Shown one piece after another: positions 36,494 through 46,924 of a stretch of 64,000 bases of DNA; positions within the stretch are counted from its first letter, which is position 1, and each line of letters opens with the position of its first letter. The DNA is taken from positions 2,263-66,262 of the forward strand of contig DMEZ01000037.1 in the NCBI GenBank assembly GCA_003450735.1, in the 5' to 3' direction. Position numbers and translations under genes: made by a program. The stretch is from Elusimicrobiota bacterium. Lineage in GTDB: Bacteria > Elusimicrobiota > Elusimicrobia > UBA1565. The notes beneath the pieces are model-generated. The model saw only the letters and a list, made by a program, of their open reading frames with translations. It did no database searches and was not told the DNA's origin.

Positions 36494-38703
36494 GCCTCGA
36501 TCTGCGGACGGTCTTCATCAACAACGCGCTGGTGAACCTGGTCTGCGCCCTGGTCATCGTGCCCCTGTGGCTGCGCCACCGGAAGCGCTACCCGGGCCTC
36601 GGCTGGTGGGCGCTGGACTTCATCGTGCAGGCCCCCGCCATGGCGCTCGTCGCCCTGCGCGGCCGCATCCCGGACTTCCTCTCCATGGTGGGAGGGAACG
36701 TCCTGGCCGTCGCCGGCGTCATGGCCCTGCTGCGCGGATTGGAGCTGTTCCTCGCGAAACCCGGGCCCTGGCGCCCCAACGCCCTCCTCCTCGCGGCCTT
36801 CGTCGGCATCCACTCCTATTTCACCGTGTTCGACCCCGACCTCCACGCGCGCAGCATGAACACCGTGGTCACCTTATGGGTCGTCTTCACCCAGATCCTG
36901 TGGCTGCTCTTCAAGCGGGTGGACCCCGCGATGCGCCCCATCAGCCGCGGGATCTCGTGGGTCTTCGTGGGATTGTGGGGGGTGAGCCTGGTGAGGGTCT
37001 TCAACGCGCTCAACTGCTCCCTCCCGGGCGACCACGACTACATGCAGTCCGGCTTCATGGAATCGATGTCGATCATGTCCTTCCAGTTCCTGACCGTCGC
37101 GCTCACCTTCACCCTGTTCCTGATGGTCAACCGCCGGCTGACCGATGAGCTCATGGCCTATCACCAGGCCGCCGAGGCCGCCAACAGGGCCAAGTCCGCC
37201 TTCGTGGCGAACATGACCCACGAGATCCGCACCCCCATGGCCGCCATCATGGGCTTCACCGACCTGCTCCTCGACTCCGGGCCGACCCCCCAGCAGAAGG
37301 AACCCCTCGGGATCATCAAGCGCTCCTCGGAGACCCTCCTCGTCCTGCTCAACGACGCCCTCGACCTCGCCCGCATCGAGGCCGGCAAGCTGCCCCTGGA
37401 GATCCACCCCTTCGGCCTGCGCCGCGCCATCGAGGACGTGACGCGCCTGCTGCAGCCCGGCGCCGAGGCGAAGGGCCTCGAGCTCGCCTGCTCCATCCAG
37501 GAGGACCTCCCCGCCGTGGCGAAGGGGGACTCCGCGCGGCTCAAGCAGGTGCTGACCAACCTCATCGCCAACGCGATCAAGTTCACCGAGCGGGGGCGCA
37601 TCGAGGTCCTCGTCCGCCTGGAGGCCCGCCGCGGCCCCGAGGACCCCCTGCATGTGGACTTCTGCATCAGGGACACCGGCGTGGGCATCCCGCGGGAGAA
37701 GCTCGACGCCGTCTTCGAGCCCTTCACCCAGGCCGACGACTCCATCGCGAAGCTCCACGGCGGGGCGGGCCTGGGCCTGAGCATCTCGCGCGAGCTCGTG
37801 CGGGCCATGGGCGGCCACCTGGCCGCCCGGAGCGCGGAAGGCGCGGGGAGCGAGTTCCGGTTCGTCCTGCCCTTCGGACGGGCCTCCGAGGAAGAGGTCT
37901 TCGGCCCTGCCGCCGGCCCCTCGGCGCGCCCCGCTACCCAACCCCTGCGCGTGCTCCTCGTCGAGGACACGGAGACCAACCGGAAGCTCGCCCTCCACAT
38001 CCTGCGCAAGCGCGGCCACGCCGTGAGCGCCGCCGTGGACGGGGAGCACGCCCTCGCCCTGCTCAAGAAGGAGGCCTTCGACGTCGTCCTGCTCGACATC
38101 GGCCTGCCGGGCATGGACGGCTTCGCCGTCGCCGCGGCCATGCGCGACCCCCGCTCGCCGCCGGCCATGCGCGGCGCGCCCATCATCGCCTTCACGGCGC
38201 ACGCCATGCCCGAGGAGCGGGAGCGCTGCCTCGCCTCCGGGATGGAGGGATGCCTGCTCAAGCCCTTCACGGCCGACCAGCTCGCCGAGGCGGTGGAGCG
38301 CTTCGCGCCGGGCTCGCCCGACCACCTCAAGCCCGTCCAGGAGACCGCCGCGCCCCCGGCGGACCCGGGCGAGCGCCCCGCGAGCTTCGACGGGGCCCGC
38401 GCCGAGCTGCTGCGGCGCCAGCCCGGCGAGGAGTGGATCGCCGAAGAGATCCTGACGGTGTTCGCCAAGGAGGTCCCGGGCATCCTCGCGAAGCTGCGCG
38501 CCGCCCTGGAGCGGGGCGACCTTTCGGGCGCGGCGGTGTTCGCCCACGCCTGCAAGGGCGCCTCGGCCACGGCCGGATTCACGGGAGCGCAGGCTTTGGC
38601 CGCCCGGATGGAGGCCTCCGCGAAGGCAGGGAGCGCCCGGGAAGCCCGGGACCTGCTCGAGCAGCTGCAGCGACATCTCAAGGGCGCCGGCATCGGCGCC
38701 TAG
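36490..38703 (+). CDS. Hybrid sensor histidine kinase/response regulator with Hpt domain and N-terminal membrane sensor domain
   Basis: ATGA overlap with the helicase gene. HEIRTPMAAI H-box. DTGVGIP...GGAGLGLSI HATPase. VLLVEDTETN...LLDIGLPGMDG receiver. C-terminal Hpt-like HACKGASATAG. Confidence 0.85.
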   Translation: MSLDLRTVFINNALVNLVCALVIVPLWLRHRKRYPGLGWWALDFIVQAPAMALVALRGRIPDFLSMVGGNVLAVAGVMALLRGLELFLAKPGPWRPNALLLAAFVGIHSYFTVFDPDLHARSMNTVVTLWVVFTQILWLLFKRVDPAMRPISRGISWVFVGLWGVSLVRVFNALNCSLPGDHDYMQSGFMESMSIMSFQFLTVALTFTLFLMVNRRLTDELMAYHQAAEAANRAKSAFVANMTHEIRTPMAAIMGFTDLLLDSGPTPQQKEPLGIIKRSSETLLVLLNDALDLARIEAGKLPLEIHPFGLRRAIEDVTRLLQPGAEAKGLELACSIQEDLPAVAKGDSARLKQVLTNLIANAIKFTERGRIEVLVRLEARRGPEDPLHVDFCIRDTGVGIPREKLDAVFEPFTQADDSIAKLHGGAGLGLSISRELVRAMGGHLAARSAEGAGSEFRFVLPFGRASEEEVFGPAAGPSARPATQPLRVLLVEDTETNRKLALHILRKRGHAVSAAVDGEHALALLKKEAFDVVLLDIGLPGMDGFAVAAAMRDPRSPPAMRGAPIIAFTAHAMPEERERCLASGMEGCLLKPFTADQLAEAVERFAPGSPDHLKPVQETAAPPADPGERPASFDGARAELLRRQPGEEWIAEEILTVFAKEVPGILAKLRAALERGDLSGAAVFAHACKGASATAGFTGAQALAARMEASAKAGSAREARDLLEQLQRHLKGAGIGA

Positions 38704-38712
38704 GAGGAACGC

Positions 38713-39330
38713 ATGACGACCGAACTGACGGAGATCGAGGCCCGCATCCTGGGCTCCCTCATCGAGAAGTCCTTCCTCACCCCCGAGACCTACCCGCTCT
38801 CCTTCCCGGCCCTGCTCAACGCCTGCAACCAGAAGACGAGCCGCGACCCGGTCATGACCCTCGAGCCCGACGGCTTGAAGCGCGGTCTCGCCTCCCTCTT
38901 CGAGAAAGGCCTGGCCGCCGAGCGCCTCGGCAGCCGCGTGCCGAAGTACGCCCACCACGCCGAGAACCTCAAGGCGGGGGAGACCCCGGAGCTGCTCGGC
39001 ACCCTCTGCCTTCTGCTCTTGCGCGGCCCGCAGACCGCCGCCGAGCTCCGCGCGCGCTCCGAGCGGCTCTGCCAGTTCCCGGGCAACGCCGAGGTCGAGG
39101 AGGCCCTTCAGAAGCTGGCCTCGCACCCCGAGGGCCCCTTCGTCTCCCGGCTCGCGCGCGGCCGCTGGCAGCACCTCTTCTTCGGCGCGACGCCGGGCGT
39201 TTCCGTCCCGCTCCCGCCGCCCACGGCCCGGGCGGCCGAGCCTTCTCCTCTTGAGAAAAGGCTCGAAGAGCTTGAAGCCCGCGTGGCGGCGCTCGAAGGA
39301 AAGCTGAACCAAGGTCCTTCATCCTCCTAG
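38713..39330 (+). CDS. yceH: YceH/DUF480 (UPF0502) family protein
   Basis: LTEIEARILGSLIEKSFLTPETYPLSFPALLNACNQKTSRDPVM aligns closely with E. coli YceH. Confidence 0.8.
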   Translation: MTTELTEIEARILGSLIEKSFLTPETYPLSFPALLNACNQKTSRDPVMTLEPDGLKRGLASLFEKGLAAERLGSRVPKYAHHAENLKAGETPELLGTLCLLLLRGPQTAAELRARSERLCQFPGNAEVEEALQKLASHPEGPFVSRLARGRWQHLFFGATPGVSVPLPPPTARAAEPSPLEKRLEELEARVAALEGKLNQGPSSS

Positions 39331-39392
39331 GCCCCCTGCCAGGGCGGCGCTGGGCCCATCGGAGATTCCAGGAGGCCTCGGCGAAGGCTAGA

Positions 39393-41180
39393 ATGCCTAC
39401 GATGCGCCCCCTCGCGGTCGTCCTTTCCCTCTCCCTGCTCCACCTGCAGGCCGCGCCGGTCTTCGCGCAGTTCCATCAGCAGGCCGCCGCGCCAGGCCGC
39501 GCCTATTCTCCCGTCGTGCCGGCCGTCCCCATCGCCCTGGGCGCCGGTCTCGGGTCCCTGACAAGCGCTCCGACGCTGTCCTTCCAGACCTTGCCGACGG
39601 TCACCGTCCCGAAGCTCCTGAAGCACGCTCCGCCCGCCGCGGCGGCATCCCTCCGAGCGCGGCCCATCCTCATCCAAGCCGTGGAAGCGCGGCGGCAGCC
39701 GCTCCCCGCGCGCATCGCCCAGCTCCAGGTCCAGGCCGCGAAGGACCTCGAGGCCCTGCCCTCGACTCAGGGGGAGGCCTCGCAGGAGGTCGCGCGGGAG
39801 AATTTCGACCGCCTCCTTGGAGCGAAGAGCATCCGCGCGCATGCCGACGCGGTCCTAGCGGAACCGGCGCTTCCCGTCGAGCCCGCCTTGAGCGCCCCGG
39901 CGCCGGCTCCGCAGGCCGCCAAAACCTCCGTTCCATCGCCGGACAAGGCCGCCACGCGCCGCTATCTCGCCGGCACCGCCGCCTTCAAGTTCGGCATGGA
40001 GGCCCTGAACCTCGCCATGCCCCTGCTGGCTTTGACCGTCTTCGGACAGGCGGCCTGGGCCGCCGCGCTCGCGGCCGCCTGGGGCCTCTCGCAGGCGCTC
40101 TTCGGCAGCCTGGCGGGGGGGTTCGTGGACCGGCACTCCCCGACCAAGGTGCTCTCCTGGGCGATGGGCCTGCAGAGCCTGGCCGGGGCGGGACTGCTCG
40201 GCCTCTTCGCGCTCGACCATTTCCTGCCCGCCCTCCTGCCTTTCGCGGCGTTCAACCCCGTCGCGGCGGTCGCGCTCTACGCCCTGGCGGGGGGCTTCCT
40301 GGGAGTCGCCGACGTGGCCCGGCAGGTGATCCCGCCCGCCCTCGTGGGCAGCGACGAGAAAGCGCTCAAGGAATTCGACGCGCGCACCCACATCGCCTAC
40401 GAGGTCGCGGGGGTGGCCGGAGCCTTCTTCGCCGGCTGGGTGATCAAGACCTTCGGCGTCGGGGCCGCCCTGCTCATCCACCCGCCGCTCTACCTGCTCG
40501 CGGCCATCGTCTTCTCCACCCTCGCGGCGAAGGCCTCCCCGGCGCCGGCCCCGCCCGATGAGGGCGGCGGGCCCCGCCAGGCCTTGAAGGACGTGCTCGA
40601 AGGCGCCCGGACCCTCTTCTCCAACCCCGTCTTCCGCGCGGCCTTCTTCGCCATCGTGCTGCCCTTCGTCATCCACCGGGTCTTCGAGTCCCTGCTCGTC
40701 CCGGTGTTCGCGAAGACCCTCCTGGCCGACCCCTCCAAAGCCGCCTGGATGCTGGGCTTCTCCAACGCGGGCGAGCTGCTCGGCGCGTTCCTGCTCTCGC
40801 GCTCCATCCGCGGAGGTCACGTTCGGAGGTCCTACCAGTGGGTGCGCTGGATGGCCCTCGGCACCCTGGCGCTCTGGGCGCTCTGCTTCACGCAGAGCCT
40901 CCCCGTGCTCTTGCCCCTCATCGCCTTCTCGAGCGTGTCCTGGGCGGCGAGCGACCTGAGTTTGCGCGGCAAGCTGCAGGCGGCGCTGGAGCCCGCCGTG
41001 CGCGGACGCTCCTTCTCCTTCATCTCGGCGGCCACCTTCCTGTCGGTTCTGGCCGTCTCCCTCGGGGTCGGCTTCCTCTTCGACGCCCTCCCCGCGGCCG
41101 CCGTCCTCATCGGCGTCAACGCCGCGTTCACCCTCGCCGCCGCCGCGATGCTCTGGGCCGCGGGCAAGCTCAAGCGTTGA
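39393..41180 (+). CDS. MFS transporter with about 190-aa Ala/Pro-rich N-terminal extension
   Basis: Twelve hydrophobic helices with an MFS-like D-R motif region (GGFVDRHSP). The N-terminal extension begins with a signal-peptide-like segment. Confidence 0.7.
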   Translation: MPTMRPLAVVLSLSLLHLQAAPVFAQFHQQAAAPGRAYSPVVPAVPIALGAGLGSLTSAPTLSFQTLPTVTVPKLLKHAPPAAAASLRARPILIQAVEARRQPLPARIAQLQVQAAKDLEALPSTQGEASQEVARENFDRLLGAKSIRAHADAVLAEPALPVEPALSAPAPAPQAAKTSVPSPDKAATRRYLAGTAAFKFGMEALNLAMPLLALTVFGQAAWAAALAAAWGLSQALFGSLAGGFVDRHSPTKVLSWAMGLQSLAGAGLLGLFALDHFLPALLPFAAFNPVAAVALYALAGGFLGVADVARQVIPPALVGSDEKALKEFDARTHIAYEVAGVAGAFFAGWVIKTFGVGAALLIHPPLYLLAAIVFSTLAAKASPAPAPPDEGGGPRQALKDVLEGARTLFSNPVFRAAFFAIVLPFVIHRVFESLLVPVFAKTLLADPSKAAWMLGFSNAGELLGAFLLSRSIRGGHVRRSYQWVRWMALGTLALWALCFTQSLPVLLPLIAFSSVSWAASDLSLRGKLQAALEPAVRGRSFSFISAATFLSVLAVSLGVGFLFDALPAAAVLIGVNAAFTLAAAAMLWAAGKLKR

Positions 41181-42706
41181 GCGCCCTCCTCCTCGCGTTT
41201 CTCCTGCTCTTGGCCCCTGCGGCGGGCCATAGCGCCGCAGGGGCGGCGCGAGAGGAGAACGGCTTTCGCGCCGACGAGGCGGCCCTCCGCGAGAGCCCGC
41301 CCCTGACCGCCTTCGACGACTCCTGCGCGAGGCTCTCGGCGGGGACCGGCCGCCACGGACTGAGCCTCCTTAAAAGCCTGGACCTCTGGAGCGGGGAGAG
41401 GCCCCTGCGGCTCTACGCCGTGGAGTCCCGCTGCGAGGCCTTCGAGCGCTCCTTCGCCGACCCGCCCTCGCTCTTCGCCCTCGGCCCCTGGGGGATCCAG
41501 CGCCTCGGCCCGCTCTGCGGCGCCGGGGTGTGCCGCGCCTCGGCCGGCGACCCGGTCGAGGTCTCGACCGGCCCTTTCAAAGCCTTCGTGCTCACGCGGT
41601 CCTACGGCGACTCGGCCGCCTCCTCCCGGGAAGTCTACCTGGTCCGTCCGGACACCTCCGCCTGGCGCTCCTGGAAGCTGCCCGCGGACCTGGCCCTCGG
41701 CCGGGGAGCGGCCGGCGCGGGGACGCTGGACTTCACATACTATTTCGGGCGGCTCGGCGGAGCGCAGGCCCTGGCCCTCTCGGCCCACGCCCATGATTCG
41801 AGCCGCCTGGGCACGCCCCTCGAGTTCGACCTGCGCTACCGTCAGACCGTGCCGCTCGAGGGCGGACTGCCGGTCTGGGGCCGTTCGCGCACCCGCTTCG
41901 CGGGGGGGACTTCGACCCTGCTCGCCGACGCCCGGGCCTACGCCGACCCCGGCGCGGCCGAGCCCGCGTTCACCCTCGCCAAGGGGAGGGCGGTGCGCCT
42001 GCTCCAGAGGAAGAGAGCCGGGCAGACCCTCTGGTGGAGCGTCTACGACGGCGAGCGGGGGGTCTGCTGGGTGCGGGCCACCTCCCTGTACTCCAATCCC
42101 AAGCTGGTCAGCGAGACCCTGCTCGAGGCCATGGAGTATCCCGAGCCCGAGTTCGAGTCGGACACCGTCTGGGTGTCCGAGGACGACAAAGTGTATTGCG
42201 CGGGCAGGAACGGCCGCAGCGAGCTCCTCCTGACCCCCGCCGCCGCTCAGACGTCCATCTCGGAGGACCGCCGGCGTCTGATGCTTTTGCGCGCGGAAGG
42301 CCAGCGGCTGCGCCTGGAGCTCTGGGATGCGCGGACGTGCAAGGAGGAGTGGCTCGTGCCCGACGTCGAGCGCGTGCTCGGCGAGGCCCGGGTCGGAGCC
42401 GACAAAGCCCTCTCAACCTTCCTGGCCCTCCATCCCTCCCCGGGCGGGCAGCGCCCCTTCAAGGCGGTCCTCTACGACGAGCTGGGCCGGCCGGCCTGGA
42501 ACCTGGGCGAGTACGACCTGGTCTTCGACCTGAGGGTGTCCCCCAACGGGCGCCACGCTCTGATCCACCATCAGCTCAAGATCGGGCCGGGCCTGCGGCA
42601 GTTCATCACGCGGGTGGACATCCAGGCGCGAGGCGTCGAGAGCCTCCCAGCCGACGCCCTTTCCCATCCGGACATCACGGACGAAGGCGAGGTCGTCGAG
42701 CGCTAG
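41177..42706 (+). CDS. Hypothetical secreted protein (TTG start)
   Basis: TTGA overlap with the transporter stop. Signal-like LSALLLAFLLLLAPAAGHSA. The ORF track starts at an upstream alternative frame start 40838. Confidence 0.5.
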   Translation: MSALLLAFLLLLAPAAGHSAAGAAREENGFRADEAALRESPPLTAFDDSCARLSAGTGRHGLSLLKSLDLWSGERPLRLYAVESRCEAFERSFADPPSLFALGPWGIQRLGPLCGAGVCRASAGDPVEVSTGPFKAFVLTRSYGDSAASSREVYLVRPDTSAWRSWKLPADLALGRGAAGAGTLDFTYYFGRLGGAQALALSAHAHDSSRLGTPLEFDLRYRQTVPLEGGLPVWGRSRTRFAGGTSTLLADARAYADPGAAEPAFTLAKGRAVRLLQRKRAGQTLWWSVYDGERGVCWVRATSLYSNPKLVSETLLEAMEYPEPEFESDTVWVSEDDKVYCAGRNGRSELLLTPAAAQTSISEDRRRLMLLRAEGQRLRLELWDARTCKEEWLVPDVERVLGEARVGADKALSTFLALHPSPGGQRPFKAVLYDELGRPAWNLGEYDLVFDLRVSPNGRHALIHHQLKIGPGLRQFITRVDIQARGVESLPADALSHPDITDEGEVVER

Positions 42707-42766
42707 TCGTATTGACAAATAGTGGAACTCTGATACACTCTTATATTGCTTAAGAGAGGCCGACCC

Positions 42767-44275
42767 ATGACCCGAAAAGCTTTGCTCTTCCCGCTCCTGC
42801 TCTGCGCCGTCCTGGCCGTGCGCGCCCAGAGCCCCGACAGCCCCACGGTCGAGGGGACGCTCCTCCAGAGCATCGATCCCGCCCGCCGAGCCGAACTCTC
42901 CGGCGCGGGCGTCGAGCGGATCGCCGAAGGCCTCGCCGAGCCCCAGCGCGCCGCGGCGCGTGAGGGCCTGCTGGCGCTGGAGCCGAAAGCCTCGGACGCG
43001 ACCCTCGACGAGATCGCCCGAGGCTACCTGGCCCTAGGCTTCCCGCAGGACGCCGCCCGCCTCGCGCGCCTCCTGCCCTCCGGCCCGAGGGCCGCCCTGC
43101 TCTCCAGAGCCGCCGTGGCCTTCAACGCCTCGGGCGACGCCGACGCGGCCGCGGCCGCGTCGAAAGAGGTCCTCGCGCTCGACCCCTCCGACAAGGCCGC
43201 CGAGGCCGTGCTCAAGCTCTCCGAGCGCAAGGTCGGGAAGAAGGAGATCGCCCTCCTGCGCTCGAAGCCGTCCTTCCAGGCCGTCGCGACGGCCGTCCAG
43301 CCGGCGGTCGCCGTCAAGCTCCAGCCGGCCCGCCCCCTTCAACGCCCCGCCTTCCTGCCGAAGATCGACGCCTACCACATGCCCGACACGAAGCCCCCGT
43401 CCACCTGGCAGACCCTCCGGGCCGGGGTCGGCTCGCTCTGGGACGTCTACTGGTACAAGCCCAGCGCGGAGCACCAGGCCGGCATGCGGAAGCTCAAGGA
43501 CACCCTCACCTCCACCGAGACCGGCGCCGCCCTCATCAAGGAGATGGGCGGCTGGGAGCGCGTCGACAAGGAAGTCCTCTTCATGTTCTCCAAGATGCCC
43601 GGCGACGGCACGGCGGCCTTCGTGCGGCCCATGGCCCCCTGGGAGACGGAGAAGACCGGCAAGAAGTACGTGATGGCCGTCAACCGCGACTTCATCAAGG
43701 ACAAGGCCGCGGTGGTCGTGCCGGTGTTCGGCCACGAGCTGCGCCACATCGCCGACAAGATGGAAGGCTACGGCGACATGAACCTCGCCGTGACCAGCGA
43801 GCACGGCGCGCACCTCGACCAGGTGTACCTCCTGCAGGAGCTCGAGAAGAAGCTGACCCCGCAGGAGAAGGCCGACCTCAACAAGAACCGCATGTGGCTC
43901 TACCAGAAATGGGTCGCCTCCATGTGGGAAGACCACCTCCTCAAGCTCTATCCCAAGAAGGAGGACTACCAGAAGGCCTTCGAGGGAAGCAAGAACCTGC
44001 AGTACCTGGCCGGCCTCGCCTACGAGGACATCGTCAAGAAGGCGGTCAAGGACGGCACCCCGCAAGTGCACTACCACGTCTCCGACCTCTACGCCAACGC
44101 GACCCATGAGCCCGAGGTCACCGAGGCGCAGCTCCTCAAGGCCATCGCCGCCGAGGCCGACCCGGCCAGGCGCCGCCAGCTCGAAAGCCTCCTCGTCGAC
44201 CTCAAGGCCATGCGCAAGCGGATCTTCGAAACGGACGACGCCTACCGCCGGCGCACGGGGCAGACCCTCTCGTGA
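42767..44275 (+). CDS. Secreted protein with HExxH motif (VFGHELRHIAD), putative metalloprotease
   Basis: AGAGAGG RBS 8 nt upstream of ATG 42767. Signal peptide MTRKALLFPLLLCAVLAVRAQS. Confidence 0.6.
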   Translation: MTRKALLFPLLLCAVLAVRAQSPDSPTVEGTLLQSIDPARRAELSGAGVERIAEGLAEPQRAAAREGLLALEPKASDATLDEIARGYLALGFPQDAARLARLLPSGPRAALLSRAAVAFNASGDADAAAAASKEVLALDPSDKAAEAVLKLSERKVGKKEIALLRSKPSFQAVATAVQPAVAVKLQPARPLQRPAFLPKIDAYHMPDTKPPSTWQTLRAGVGSLWDVYWYKPSAEHQAGMRKLKDTLTSTETGAALIKEMGGWERVDKEVLFMFSKMPGDGTAAFVRPMAPWETEKTGKKYVMAVNRDFIKDKAAVVVPVFGHELRHIADKMEGYGDMNLAVTSEHGAHLDQVYLLQELEKKLTPQEKADLNKNRMWLYQKWVASMWEDHLLKLYPKKEDYQKAFEGSKNLQYLAGLAYEDIVKKAVKDGTPQVHYHVSDLYANATHEPEVTEAQLLKAIAAEADPARRRQLESLLVDLKAMRKRIFETDDAYRRRTGQTLS

Positions 44276-44856
44276 ACCACCCCGCCCTCCAGGGCCCGCC
44301 GAAGGTCGGCGCCGGGCTCATCGTCATCGTCCTCCTCCTCGGCGGCGCCTTCTGGGGCCGCAGGACCTGGCAGGTCACCCATCCGGTCTTCCCGACCCAG
44401 GCGGTCGAGACCGGGACGTACCGGGCGTCCTACCCCGCCCACTGGGAGCCCATCGACCCGAGCGACCCGAGGCTCGGAGACAAGGAAGTCGCCTTCCTCA
44501 ACCACCGCTCCCAGGACGGGGCCTTCGAGCCCTACGACAGGCCCCGCATGCACATGGCCGTGAAGGAGGAGGGCACGGGCTTCGCGGACCTGGACGCGAT
44601 GGCGGCGAAGATGCGCAAGGACGGCGACTCGCCGGGACCCGTCGAGGTCTGGCGCCTGGAGAACGGCCTGGCCGCGAAGACCTGGGTGGAGCGCCCCCTC
44701 ACGACGGACATCCCTTCATCCATCCGCTGGCTGGCCTTCAAGGGCTCCAACGGCCGCTACTACAGCGCCGCCTTCCCCGTCCCCGCGGACTGGAAGACGC
44801 GCGCGCGCTACGAGCACCTCTTCAAGTCCATCCTCGCGTCGATGGAGTTCAAATAG
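44272..44856 (+). CDS. Hypothetical membrane-anchored protein
   Basis: GTGA overlap with the previous gene. N-terminal transmembrane segment GAGLIVIVLLLGGAFW. Confidence 0.5.
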   Translation: MNHPALQGPPKVGAGLIVIVLLLGGAFWGRRTWQVTHPVFPTQAVETGTYRASYPAHWEPIDPSDPRLGDKEVAFLNHRSQDGAFEPYDRPRMHMAVKEEGTGFADLDAMAAKMRKDGDSPGPVEVWRLENGLAAKTWVERPLTTDIPSSIRWLAFKGSNGRYYSAAFPVPADWKTRARYEHLFKSILASMEFK

Positions 44857-46915
44857 GCTTGCGGACGTACACCCGCGAGAACTCGTCCTCGTAGGCGACC
44901 TCGAAGCGCTCCTGGAGCATCGCCACCACCCGGCGCATCAGCTCGGGGTCCTGGTACTTGGCCGGCGCCGTGCGCCTGAACTCGCGCGGGTTGGGGATGA
45001 CGACCTTCACGCGCTCCTGGAGCACCCTCTGCCAGAGCTCCTCGGGGCTCTTCGCCTCCGACGCCCACAGGAAGAGGGGGGGCGCGTCGAAGGGGGCCGA
45101 GCCGAGCGCCTCGCCGGGCGCGTAGAACACCCTCGCGTCCCCCACGACCATCACGCGCTCCCCGGGCTCGAGTTCGAGTGAGCGCGCGAAGACGAACGCC
45201 CCGTAGGAGGGGCTCCCGTAGAGCTTGCGGTGGCTCGAGAGGTACTCTTCCCAGCCCACCTGGCCGAGCGGCACCCTCAAGGCCTGCATGCTGGTCAGGA
45301 CGAAGGGCTGGAGGAACCAGAGGAGGTTGAGCCCCAAAGCCGCAAGGGCGAGCCCGGAAAGGGCCCGGGAGTTTGCCGCACGCAGACCCCGCGCGAGCAG
45401 CATCGCCCAGGGGACGAAGTAGGGCGTGAGCAGGCGGTCGATGTAGGTCTGCGAGAGGCCGGCGGCCAGGACGAGGGCGCAGAAGGCCATGGCCGAGAGC
45501 GACCACGGGTCGCGGCAGAGGAGGAGGGCGAGGGGCAAAAGCCCCAGGAAGAGCGGACCGATGAAGACGAAGGAGAAGTCCAGGCAGCCTCCGACCGAGT
45601 CGTTCCAGAGCTTGAGGGCGTGCCTCCACGGGGCGAAGCCCGGAGAGCCGAAGCGCGTGTCGGCGTACCAGGCCTGGAGCAGTTCCAGGTCGGCGCCGCG
45701 GCCGCCGAGCCATTGGGCCAGATACGGGAAGAACGGGTTGCCGGTCTGAAGGTAGGCGCGCGCCCACCAGGGGAGGAGCGGCAGGAGGGCCGCCCCCCAG
45801 AATAGCAGGGCGCCGCCGGGCGCCCTCACGGCCAGCAAACCCAGCCCCATGGCCGCCGCGCCGTAAGCCGTCGAGTACTTGGACGCCATCGCGCAGCCGG
45901 CGAAGAGGCCGGCGAGGAGGAGGAGTTTTTTGCTTGGCTCGCGCCTCCCCTGCGCAGGGTCTGAGCTGCGCAGGGGCGGTGCGAGCGGAGAACAGCCGTC
46001 GCACCGCCATCGCCACAAGAGCATCATCGCCAGCAGGTGGTAGAGCGCCGCCGAGAGATCCGAGTTGCACATCCAGAAAAGGAACAGGATGACGGGCGTG
46101 CCCAGGAAGAGGGCGCAGGCCCAGGGCCCGGACTCCTCGTCGCCCAGCTCCCGCGACCACTCGAGCATCCCGGCCAGCAGGAGGACGCCCACGCCGAAGC
46201 TCATCAGCTTCGCCGTGTACATGCCGCCCGCCGCCAGCCCCCAGGAGAAGGTCATCGAGGAGAGCAGGGGCAGCCAGGCGTAGTGGTTGTAGGGGAAATC
46301 CACGAAGCGGCCAGCCTGCAGGCAGGCCTGCGGCACGGCGAGGTGGTAGACCAGGGCGTCGTAGAAAACCTCGGGCATCGTGGTGCCCAGGAAGGCGGCG
46401 GCGGCCCCCGAGCAGAGCAGGACGTTCAGCCCCGGGGAGGAACGGAGCAGGGCCGCCGGCAGGGCGGGCGGACGCCGGAACAGATCGACGGCTCCGGCGA
46501 GGGCGAGCGCCGCGAAGAGGACGCGGAAGACGCCCACGGAGCCGAGGCCCAGCGCGAAGAGCCCGAAGGCCGCCCAGGAGAGCAGGGCCAGCCCCGCCCC
46601 GGCCGCCAGGACGCCGGACGCCGCCGGCAGCAGGGGCTTGAGCGCGGCCCGGCCCAGGGCCCGCGCGCCCGCGAAGAAGCCCAGCACGGCCAGGATGCGC
46701 GCAAGATGCCCGCCCCAGAAGCCCAGGAGCTGCGGCCCCAGCCCGAGCTCCTTGCCCAAAGAGAACAGGAACTTCTCCGGTGGGACTCCCATGATCTGCC
46801 AGGTCTTCCAGGCGTAAGCCGCCGCGACCCAGAGAGCCCAGAGCGCCGCCAGGCGCAGGCCGAGCAGGCTCCAGGACGCCGGGGGCGGCGCCTTCGGAGG
46901 AGGGCGTCTTGCCAT
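44849..46915 (-). CDS. Large polytopic membrane protein (ArnT/PMT-like glycosyltransferase topology)
   Basis: 688-aa ORF with 12 or more hydrophobic helices in the N-terminal two-thirds and a soluble C-terminal domain. Confidence 0.6.
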   Translation of the reverse strand: MARRPPPKAPPPASWSLLGLRLAALWALWVAAAYAWKTWQIMGVPPEKFLFSLGKELGLGPQLLGFWGGHLARILAVLGFFAGARALGRAALKPLLPAASGVLAAGAGLALLSWAAFGLFALGLGSVGVFRVLFAALALAGAVDLFRRPPALPAALLRSSPGLNVLLCSGAAAAFLGTTMPEVFYDALVYHLAVPQACLQAGRFVDFPYNHYAWLPLLSSMTFSWGLAAGGMYTAKLMSFGVGVLLLAGMLEWSRELGDEESGPWACALFLGTPVILFLFWMCNSDLSAALYHLLAMMLLWRWRCDGCSPLAPPLRSSDPAQGRREPSKKLLLLAGLFAGCAMASKYSTAYGAAAMGLGLLAVRAPGGALLFWGAALLPLLPWWARAYLQTGNPFFPYLAQWLGGRGADLELLQAWYADTRFGSPGFAPWRHALKLWNDSVGGCLDFSFVFIGPLFLGLLPLALLLCRDPWSLSAMAFCALVLAAGLSQTYIDRLLTPYFVPWAMLLARGLRAANSRALSGLALAALGLNLLWFLQPFVLTSMQALRVPLGQVGWEEYLSSHRKLYGSPSYGAFVFARSLELEPGERVMVVGDARVFYAPGEALGSAPFDAPPLFLWASEAKSPEELWQRVLQERVKVVIPNPREFRRTAPAKYQDPELMRRVVAMLQERFEVAYEDEFSRVYVRKPI

Positions 46916-46924
46916 GCGCCGGAC

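Noticed and set aside
36874-39312. 812-aa and 510-aa minus-strand ORFs, and 38250-39254 +, overlapping the hybrid kinase and yceH
   Set aside because: Antisense or shifted-frame artefacts in 72% GC DNA. The plus-strand frame has complete kinase, receiver and Hpt domains.
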